Shown in pieces: positions 56,419 through 64,000 of a stretch of DNA of 64,000 nucleotides. How positions within the stretch are numbered: position 1 is the stretch's first letter; each line of letters begins with the position of its first letter. Location of the stretch: the IMG/VR virus record IMGVR_UViG_3300009164_000039, one strand, 5' to 3'. This stretch comes from a virus. The position numbers and the translations under genes were made by a program. The notes under the pieces were generated by a model. That model was not told the origin of the DNA, did not search any database, and worked only from the letters and a program-made list of their open reading frames with translations.

Positions 56419-57793
56419 AAGTGATTTCATGACAGCCGCAGAACAAATGCGCCACACACTAGGCGAAGGTCTTTGCTTGGCCAAATGGAAACAGGTTAGC
56501 TTGCACTTGCCCACAGGATTGAACAATTCATGCTATCATCCTCCACTACACAAGATTCCTGTGGAACTGCTAGCAGGCAATCCTGGCGCACTGCACAATA
56601 CTCCACATAAAAAAGCTCAGCGCAAGATCATGTTGAAACATGAACGTCCAGACGAGTGTAGTTACTGCTGGTCAGCAGAAGACAATGGACAACTCAGTGA
56701 CAGGCACTACAGGTCAGGCGAGGAGTGGGCCGCAGAGGATCTTGACAAGATATTGGCCTCAACCGGAGACGAAGATGCATTACCTAGCTATGTGGAAGTT
56801 AATTTTAATCATGCTTGTAATCTTAAATGTAGCTATTGCAGTCCGCAATTTAGTTCAAGCTGGGCCGCTGAAGTTGCACAACATGGCGGATTCCCTACGT
56901 CCAGCCCTCACAATAGTCCTGAGTATTTTACTGGTAGTCGTCGCCCTATTCCTGCCCGAGAACACAACCCCTACGTTGATACCTTCTGGGAATGGTGGCC
57001 AGAGCTGTACCCCAAGCTAAGACATTTTAGAATGACAGGTGGTGAGCCACTGATGGATCACAATACCTATCGTGTGTTTGAATACGTGCTGACCTTGCCG
57101 CATCCATTGTTGCATTTGGATGTGACCAGCAACTTCAGTGTGGAGCCTGTGTTGTTTGAAAAGTATCTTGGCTATGTCAAACAGTTATGCAACACACAGA
57201 TTGAACACTTCATGCAGTATGTGAGCCTGGACACCTGGGGCAGTCAAGCAGAGTACATACGCAATGGCATGGACTTTGTGAGAGTGTGTGACTATGTGGA
57301 ACGCTATTTAGAGGAAGTACCCAATCGCAACAGCCTTACGTTTATCATGACCATGAACAATCTCAGTGTCACGGGCATGCATGACATGCTGGATTGGATA
57401 CTGGAACTACGTGCCAAGTACAGTAAAACATATCAGCGTGTGTGGTTTGACACACCGTTGCTGAGACAACCACGTTGGCAAAGCCTGCAGATACTGCCGC
57501 CTGCGTATGCCAACAGAATGAAAATAAACCTAGAGTTCATGCGAGCACACCTAATCACAGATGATAGTTTTGTGGGATTCAAAGATTATGAAATACAGCG
57601 CATGGAACGAGACATTGCCTGGATGACTGAGCCACAAGACGCACAAGAAGTCAATCATGCACGTGCTGACTTCTATAGATTCTTCAACGAACACGACCGT
57701 AGACGCGGTACTAACTTTTTACAAACATTTCCAGAGATGAGCCATTTCTGGTGGGAATGCAAACATCATGCCGAAACTGAACAACGAAACTGA
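56411..57793 (+). CDS. Radical SAM enzyme with N-terminal twitch-like Cys domain (460 aa)
   Basis: N-terminal CLAKW...SCYHP...CSYC; core CNLKCSYC; TGGEPL. Confidence 0.9.
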   Translation: MSKSDFMTAAEQMRHTLGEGLCLAKWKQVSLHLPTGLNNSCYHPPLHKIPVELLAGNPGALHNTPHKKAQRKIMLKHERPDECSYCWSAEDNGQLSDRHYRSGEEWAAEDLDKILASTGDEDALPSYVEVNFNHACNLKCSYCSPQFSSSWAAEVAQHGGFPTSSPHNSPEYFTGSRRPIPAREHNPYVDTFWEWWPELYPKLRHFRMTGGEPLMDHNTYRVFEYVLTLPHPLLHLDVTSNFSVEPVLFEKYLGYVKQLCNTQIEHFMQYVSLDTWGSQAEYIRNGMDFVRVCDYVERYLEEVPNRNSLTFIMTMNNLSVTGMHDMLDWILELRAKYSKTYQRVWFDTPLLRQPRWQSLQILPPAYANRMKINLEFMRAHLITDDSFVGFKDYEIQRMERDIAWMTEPQDAQEVNHARADFYRFFNEHDRRRGTNFLQTFPEMSHFWWECKHHAETEQRN

Positions 57794-59123
57794 TATAGAA
57801 TTCAAACGCAGAGTGATTGACATCAAGTCAACCAGCTTCTGCGGAGCCAAATGGTACAATGCTACCATATGGTTGGGTAGTGGACAAACAACCAGCTGCC
57901 ACCACCCACCTGCACACTCAATTGACTTGCAAGAAATAAAAACCAATCCTGCCGCACTGCACAATACCACTCGTAAAAAAGCTGATCGTGAAATGATGCA
58001 AAAAGGTGAACGCCCAGCAGGCTGTGAATACTGCTGGAAGATAGAAGACATGGGCCCTGAGTCTGTCAGTGACCGTGTGTACAAAACTGTAATACATTCC
58101 GAGGAGGACCTAAATGTTGCATTTGCCAGACCCAGCTACACAGACTTCAACCTTCGCACGTTGGAAATTGCGTTTGACAGAACTTGTCAGTTCGCTTGTT
58201 CTTATTGCAACCCTGCTTTTAGTAGCACATGGGTTAAGGACATTGGTAATAACGGGCCATACACAGGATTGGTATCTGACGGCAGGAACCATTTTACTCA
58301 CGCTCATGATAGTAGTCAACTGTATAAATTCAATGAAGTTAATCCGTACGTGGAAGCATTCTTCCAGTGGTGGGAAACAGATCTCCACCAGACACTAACA
58401 GAGCTTCGCATCACCGGAGGCGAGCCACTCATGTCAGGCTACACCTGGCAGCTGATTGACTGGTTCAAAGCCAATCAAGGCAAGAGCCATACCAAACTGG
58501 CCATCAACAGCAATCTTGGCATGGAGCCGGTCAAGATGCTGGATTTTATTCGGCGTGTGGAAGGTATTCCGCATCTGGAAATCTACACCAGCAACGAAGC
58601 ACTGGGCGCACAAGCAGAGTATATTCGTGACGGATTGAATTACCGGCAATGGCTCAGCAACATGGAGATGTTGATCAATTCAGGCGCAGTAAATCAAATG
58701 CATGTGATGTGTACAGTCAATGCATTGTGTCTGGAAAGCCTGCCTGAATTTTTAGATGAATTGGTTGTGTTGAAGAAAAAGTACAGCAGAGACTTTCCTA
58801 ACTTCACGTTGAACATCTTGCGTTTTCCTAGTTTTCAAAGTCCACTGGTATTACCATATGAGATTAGACAAAAGCATGCAGACCGCCTGGCACAGTTTTT
58901 GGTACGCCACAAAGGACAAAACTACTTGCATGAGCATGAGATAAACCACGTGGAACGTCTAGTAAAGTATTTGCTTGAAGTAGATACACCTCATGCAGAA
59001 GCATTTGAAATGCCTAAATTGTTGAATGACTTCCGACAGTTTTATATCCAATATGATCAGCGCCGCGGAAAAAACTTTGTAAATACATTCCCGGCTCTCA
59101 AGGATTGGTATGAAACACTCTAA
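57768..59123 (+). CDS. Radical SAM enzyme with N-terminal twitch-like Cys domain (451 aa)
   Basis: CGAKW...SCHHP...CEYC; core CQFACSYC; TGGEPL. Confidence 0.9.
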   Translation: MPKLNNETDIEFKRRVIDIKSTSFCGAKWYNATIWLGSGQTTSCHHPPAHSIDLQEIKTNPAALHNTTRKKADREMMQKGERPAGCEYCWKIEDMGPESVSDRVYKTVIHSEEDLNVAFARPSYTDFNLRTLEIAFDRTCQFACSYCNPAFSSTWVKDIGNNGPYTGLVSDGRNHFTHAHDSSQLYKFNEVNPYVEAFFQWWETDLHQTLTELRITGGEPLMSGYTWQLIDWFKANQGKSHTKLAINSNLGMEPVKMLDFIRRVEGIPHLEIYTSNEALGAQAEYIRDGLNYRQWLSNMEMLINSGAVNQMHVMCTVNALCLESLPEFLDELVVLKKKYSRDFPNFTLNILRFPSFQSPLVLPYEIRQKHADRLAQFLVRHKGQNYLHEHEINHVERLVKYLLEVDTPHAEAFEMPKLLNDFRQFYIQYDQRRGKNFVNTFPALKDWYETL

Positions 59124-60324
59124 GACATTTTGCATATTGCCATGGATACATCTTCATGCATTCCCTGATGGCCGTGCGTATCCTTGTTGTATGGGAGAAT
59201 ATCACTCACCCATTGGCGATCTTAAAACACACACAATGGAGCAGGTGTGGAATCAAGCGCCACTAGCTACCATGCGAAAGAACATGCTACAGAATGTCAA
59301 GTCCAAAGAGTGTGTCAAATGCTATGAGCTAGAAGAAAATGGTTTTGTCGGCATGCGACAAAGCATGAACCGTGCGTTTGCACATCACATGCCATTGGCA
59401 GATCAAACACTTCCTGATGGCACACTGCCTGACTTTCGACTACGCTACTATGACATTAGATTTAGTAATCTGTGTAATTTCCGTTGCCGCAGTTGTGGCA
59501 GTGTGTTTTCCAGCAACTGGTATGATGACGAAGTTGCCGCACATGGTCAAGTACAGCATCCCAAGATCATGTTTGCTGGCCAACACAAACAAGACATGTG
59601 GGAGCAAATGCAACCGCATATACCACATCTAGAACAAGTGTACTTTGCAGGCGGCGAACCCTTGATCATGGAAGAACATTATCGTGTGCTAAAAGAACTA
59701 GTACAGAGAGAAATGTTTGATGTCAGACTGGTATACAACACCAACTTTAGTGAATTAGATTTCAAAGATGAAAGTGTACTGGAGTTATGGAAACTGTTTA
59801 AGAATGTCAGCGTTGGTGCTAGTCTAGACGCCAGCGGCACACGAGCAGAGTACATTCGCAAAGGCACAGTATGGCACAAGATTGTACACAATAGAGAACG
59901 CATGTTGTCTGTGTGCCCTCAAGTTGACTTCTATATAAGTAGTACCGTGGGCATACTAAATGTATGGCACTTGCCAGACTTTCATCGTGAATGGGTTGAC
60001 TTGGGATTGATACGCCCGCAAGATTTCAACATCAACATGTTACAATCACCTGAATGGCAACGTGCAAATCATCTGTCACCGGAGTTGAAACAACAAGTGA
60101 AAGAACGCATACACAATCACCTTGAGTGGCTTGGTCCATTGGATCACATGAATCGTGCAACCAATGGTTATCGGAGTATTATAAAGTTTATTGATCAACC
60201 TGCTGATGCAGATCAACTAAAAGAGTTTTTTAGAGAAACTGATCAATTTGATCAAATACGCAATGAGAGTTTTGATGCTACCTTTCCTGAACTGACTGGA
60301 TTGAGAGACCATGCTACCAAATAA
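59110..60324 (+). CDS. Radical SAM enzyme with N-terminal twitch-like Cys domain (404 aa)
   Basis: CILPW...PCC...CVKC; core CNFRCRSC; AGGEPL. Confidence 0.9.
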   Translation: MKHSKTFCILPWIHLHAFPDGRAYPCCMGEYHSPIGDLKTHTMEQVWNQAPLATMRKNMLQNVKSKECVKCYELEENGFVGMRQSMNRAFAHHMPLADQTLPDGTLPDFRLRYYDIRFSNLCNFRCRSCGSVFSSNWYDDEVAAHGQVQHPKIMFAGQHKQDMWEQMQPHIPHLEQVYFAGGEPLIMEEHYRVLKELVQREMFDVRLVYNTNFSELDFKDESVLELWKLFKNVSVGASLDASGTRAEYIRKGTVWHKIVHNRERMLSVCPQVDFYISSTVGILNVWHLPDFHREWVDLGLIRPQDFNINMLQSPEWQRANHLSPELKQQVKERIHNHLEWLGPLDHMNRATNGYRSIIKFIDQPADADQLKEFFRETDQFDQIRNESFDATFPELTGLRDHATK

Positions 60325-61525
60325 CAATATATGTGTGCTACCGTGGATGAGCATAGAAGTAACCCCAATGGGTAACAGTCGCCCGTGTTGTTTGGCCATT
60401 GATGAAATACCAGACAACACTGGTAAATCCTACGACCTTACCGCAGTGCCTATTCGTGAAGTATATCACAGCAAATACATGCAGGATCTAAGGCAACAGT
60501 TTCGTGCAGGAGAAAAACCCAGCACATGCACACGATGCTGGACAGAAGAATCTGCAGGACGTACCAGCAAACGTATGAACATGTTGGCCAAATTCAACAA
60601 TGATATCCAATCAATTGAATGGGACACAGACACCCCTGAACAATTATGGTTCTTGGATCTTAAACTAGGCAACATCTGTAATCTCAAATGTCGTATCTGT
60701 GGATCCTGGAGCAGTAGTAAATGGGCACAAGAAGAACTAGACTACTACCCAACAGCCACTAGAGAAGAACGCAAAAAACATTCAGCGTATGTATGGCTAC
60801 GTCAGGGTCAGTGGCCACGTGAAAGCATTGACTTTTGGAACAACATTGATCAAGTGCTGCCTGGTGTGCGCTACTATGAATTTACCGGTGGCGAACCATT
60901 CTTGATTCAAGAACATTTTGATTTGTTACAACGCACAGTAGATCAAGGCTATGCATATCTTGTGGATGTACACTACAACACCAATGGCACACAGTATCCA
61001 GAAGCCGCAGTGGAGATGTGGAAAAAGTTCAAGCATGTGAACATTGCATTCAGCATTGACGATCTTGGCGCACGATTTGAATATCAGCGTTATGGCGCCA
61101 ACTGGGCAGAAGTGGAACAAAATCTAGACCGTTACTTAGAGTTAAGCAAAACACACACCAACATCACGCTACAAATGTGTATAACTGCAAATATACAAAA
61201 CGTATTGTACTTGCCTGAAGTCATGGACCATGTGTGGGCAAAAGGTTTTCGTGACGTATACATCAACATGTTACATGATCCAATTCAACTCAACATCAAG
61301 CAAATGACTCCAGTGGCGATTGAACTGGTATGTAACAGACTAAATCAAGTTCCGACCAGCAACAGATTCTATCGTGATTTCCAACAGTTAATAACGGTGA
61401 TACAAACAGGTACTGGTAGTGATGGTCAAGAGTTTTGCAAAACTATCAAACAAGGTGACGTGTATCGCAAACAAAATTTTGCTGACCATCACCCAGACAT
61501 AGCAAAGGCCATGGGATATGAATAA
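60311..61525 (+). CDS. Radical SAM enzyme with N-terminal twitch-like Cys domain (404 aa)
   Basis: CVLPW...PCC...CTRC; core CNLKCRIC; TGGEPF. Confidence 0.9.
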   Translation: MLPNNNICVLPWMSIEVTPMGNSRPCCLAIDEIPDNTGKSYDLTAVPIREVYHSKYMQDLRQQFRAGEKPSTCTRCWTEESAGRTSKRMNMLAKFNNDIQSIEWDTDTPEQLWFLDLKLGNICNLKCRICGSWSSSKWAQEELDYYPTATREERKKHSAYVWLRQGQWPRESIDFWNNIDQVLPGVRYYEFTGGEPFLIQEHFDLLQRTVDQGYAYLVDVHYNTNGTQYPEAAVEMWKKFKHVNIAFSIDDLGARFEYQRYGANWAEVEQNLDRYLELSKTHTNITLQMCITANIQNVLYLPEVMDHVWAKGFRDVYINMLHDPIQLNIKQMTPVAIELVCNRLNQVPTSNRFYRDFQQLITVIQTGTGSDGQEFCKTIKQGDVYRKQNFADHHPDIAKAMGYE

Positions 61526-62675
61526 AGTTATCCCGTTGGTTAATGTTAGTGCATTGCAAGCCCTGACGCCCGCACCTCTTGGTCGCGCAGAGGTTGACTC
61601 TGACTACATGACACGGTATATACAAACTGGAATGGATTTTAACAAGGATCTTGGACTAGCAGGCAAATATTGTTATCACCCATTTAACACAGTCACGATA
61701 GACCATCGAGGTCGTTGCTATGTATGCACCTGTCAGGCATGGTTACCAATCAGCGTAGGTAACATTTTAGATTTTAATTCGCTGAGTGAAATTGTTCACA
61801 GCTCACGTGCTAGAGAGATACAACGAAGTATCGTAGATGGCAGTTATCGTTACTGTGACAATAAAACTTGCGGGTTATTAATCAGCGACGCAATGGAAAC
61901 TAGAATTGAGCACAAACCAGACACTGTGAATTGGATCAATTTCTGTATCGATGACAGTTGCAACTTACAGTGTCCTAGCTGTCGCACAGATTTAATATTT
62001 CATAAACAAGGTCCAGAATTTGATCTACGTATGAAAATATCACAGCATGTGAGCAAGCTGATCAGCGAACACAATCATTTTTTACGATTTACACTAAGCA
62101 ACGATGGGGATCCATTTGCTAGTCATGTGTACAGAAACCTAATGACAACTATTGCGCCACAACTGGTCAATCAGCTGGAGATTGAAATAGTAACTAACGG
62201 CATATTAATGAAGTCACATTGGCACGAAATTGAAAACATATACCCTAACCTCACACTAATCAAAGTCAGTTTTGATGCTGCCACCGAACAAACATACAAC
62301 AAAACACGATGCGGCGGCAGTTGGAACAAAGTAACTGAAAGCACTAGATTTGTAGCTGATTGGCTGGCTCAACGCAAAGCACAGCATCTCAATGCATATA
62401 CTAGATTGGTAGCTAATTTTGTAGTGCAACAAACAAACTATCATGAGATGATTGACTTTGTAACACTGTGCAATTCGTTGGGTGTTGATCAGATCTTGTT
62501 TCAAAAAGTAACTAACTGGAATACGTGGATTGATGCCAACGGCACAGATCAGTACAGCGCACATGCAGTATGGCAACAGTCGCATCCTGAATATCACAAG
62601 CTGAAAGAAATACTAAAAGATCCTGTGTTTCAACAGCACAATGTTAAACTAACTAACCTAGCGGATCTACTATGA
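61518..62675 (+). CDS. Radical SAM enzyme, divergent N-terminal Cys domain (385 aa)
   Basis: CYHPF...CYVCTC...YCDNKTC; core CNLQCPSC; NDGDPF in place of GGEP. Confidence 0.85.
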   Translation: MNKVIPLVNVSALQALTPAPLGRAEVDSDYMTRYIQTGMDFNKDLGLAGKYCYHPFNTVTIDHRGRCYVCTCQAWLPISVGNILDFNSLSEIVHSSRAREIQRSIVDGSYRYCDNKTCGLLISDAMETRIEHKPDTVNWINFCIDDSCNLQCPSCRTDLIFHKQGPEFDLRMKISQHVSKLISEHNHFLRFTLSNDGDPFASHVYRNLMTTIAPQLVNQLEIEIVTNGILMKSHWHEIENIYPNLTLIKVSFDAATEQTYNKTRCGGSWNKVTESTRFVADWLAQRKAQHLNAYTRLVANFVVQQTNYHEMIDFVTLCNSLGVDQILFQKVTNWNTWIDANGTDQYSAHAVWQQSHPEYHKLKEILKDPVFQQHNVKLTNLADLL

Positions 62676-63961
62676 ACAAACCTGATTCGTTATGCTTGGC
62701 TCCTTGGACACACACATATCTTAGTCCGCAGACTGAGCGCCGCATGTGTTGTGCAAGTCGCGAGCCTGCACAAAACTTTCAACAGTATATTGACACCAGC
62801 GCCGGTTCTGGCAAGTATATACCTATCACTCTGGACGAACATTGGAACGGTGACCACATGCGCTCCGTACGAAAACGCATGCTGTCCGGCGAAACATTAC
62901 CCGAGTGCGAAGTATGTAATGATAAACTGTTGAATACCTCTGTGTATAGAGATTACTTCACGCACTTGTTTGCACACAAACTTGACCAAGTACATGCCAG
63001 TACAGATGACACCGGGCACACTACAATGCAACCGATCAGCTGGGACTATAGATTTAGTAATCTTTGTAATTTCAAATGTCGCATGTGTGGAGACATGTTG
63101 AGCAGTGCATGGGAAAGCGAGCAACGTGTACATGGCATGATAGATTGGAACAATCCAAAGAACAACTGGATGAAGCCAGTCATACGCGATGAAATACATC
63201 AGTTTCAAACCACGCAGGTTGAACATGAGTTCAGTCAGGCAGTTGAAGAACATCGTGTTGAGGAGATATATTGGGTGGGTGGCGAACCCTTGATGTACGA
63301 ACAACATTGGAAGTACATGAAAAGAATAATTGAATTAGGGGACGGACCAAATGTCTATGCAAGATATAATACAAATCTCAGCCGTGTTGATTATCGCGGT
63401 GTCAATCTTTATCGGGATATTTTATCTGGGTTACGGGATTGGCAAATCTGCGCATCGCTCGACGGAACAGGTAAAATTGGTGAGTACATTAGATCAGGTC
63501 TCGACTTCGATGCTTGGCTTGAGAACTTCGCTCAAGGAGTTGCGATTGCGACTAATCCTAGACAGATGCGAATCGACTACACCCTTACCCTGCCAGGAAT
63601 GTTTGAGGTTGAACGGATTGAACGACTGTCCGCAACCTACGGAGTACAAGTTCTGGCGAAGGTAGTTTTTAGTTTCAGTCCGGACATAGTTATGTCACCT
63701 TTAGCCCTACCTCGGGACATGTTACACTCTTGGGTAGATGAAATACTTTCTGTGGTGAAGACCGACTCGTTAAAGGATATCTTGGTTCAGCTGAAAACTA
63801 GACCTACGTTTGCGGAACAGTGGCCCGACCAATATCAAACAGCACTGCGCCGTGGTAAAGACCGTGTGTTGAAATTAGAAAGCATACGAGACAATCCTAT
63901 CACAATGGCAGAGATATTGAGTGAACGATCGGATGTATTGCACTGGTGGAATAACATATGA
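62672..63961 (+). CDS. Radical SAM enzyme with N-terminal twitch-like Cys domain (429 aa)
   Basis: CLAPW...MCC...CEVC; core CNFKCRMC; VGGEPL. Confidence 0.9.
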   Translation: MNKPDSLCLAPWTHTYLSPQTERRMCCASREPAQNFQQYIDTSAGSGKYIPITLDEHWNGDHMRSVRKRMLSGETLPECEVCNDKLLNTSVYRDYFTHLFAHKLDQVHASTDDTGHTTMQPISWDYRFSNLCNFKCRMCGDMLSSAWESEQRVHGMIDWNNPKNNWMKPVIRDEIHQFQTTQVEHEFSQAVEEHRVEEIYWVGGEPLMYEQHWKYMKRIIELGDGPNVYARYNTNLSRVDYRGVNLYRDILSGLRDWQICASLDGTGKIGEYIRSGLDFDAWLENFAQGVAIATNPRQMRIDYTLTLPGMFEVERIERLSATYGVQVLAKVVFSFSPDIVMSPLALPRDMLHSWVDEILSVVKTDSLKDILVQLKTRPTFAEQWPDQYQTALRRGKDRVLKLESIRDNPITMAEILSERSDVLHWWNNI

Positions 63962-64000
63962 TATTATTAAGTTCTGGCGATAGCTTTACATATGGCAACG
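63958..64000 (+). CDS. Start of a probable SGNH/GDSL-like hydrolase (truncated by window edge)
   Basis: ATGA overlap with the previous stop; translates MILLSSGDSFTYGN, matching SGNH block I (GDS.T.G). Only 14 codons are visible. Confidence 0.55.
   Translation, partial: MILLSSGDSFTYGN

Noticed and set aside
1-64000. Stop-codon reassignment
   Set aside because: Genes pack tightly and end at TAA, TGA and TAG under the standard code; conserved proteins are full length.

Overview
64 kb of a large T4-like (contractile-tailed) dsDNA phage genome in the standard genetic code, densely coding, with no tRNA, rRNA or CRISPR array seen. Minus strand, left: a portal gene (gp20-like, runs off the window edge), a tape-measure-like gene, and a block reading gp55 late sigma > gp47/gp46 (Mre11/Rad50) > two radical SAM paralogs > hypothetical > B12-binding radical SAM > stand-alone GIY-YIG nuclease > a ~375-nt structured non-coding region. 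Plus strand: a gp26-like gene plus a small ORF that may be fused by a -1 frameshift; a full baseplate module (gp48/54-like, gp53, hub, gp5-like spike with lysozyme-like tail, gp25, gp6, a 5715-aa giant wedge/fibre protein); two tail-fibre/glycine-rich gene pairs; and an unbroken, overlapping operon of at least 10.7 kb encoding three glycosyltransferase-like proteins, six N-terminal-twitch radical SAM enzymes and the start of an SGNH-like hydrolase. Best candidates for undescribed systems: (1) the minimal GIY-YIG nuclease with a large downstream structured RNA, (2) the late-promoter glycosyltransferase/radical SAM operon as a possible virion-modification pathway (nine radical SAM genes in the window), and (3) a G/GT-style frameshift next to the tape measure gene. 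All family assignments come from motifs read by eye; no database searches or folding programs were run.
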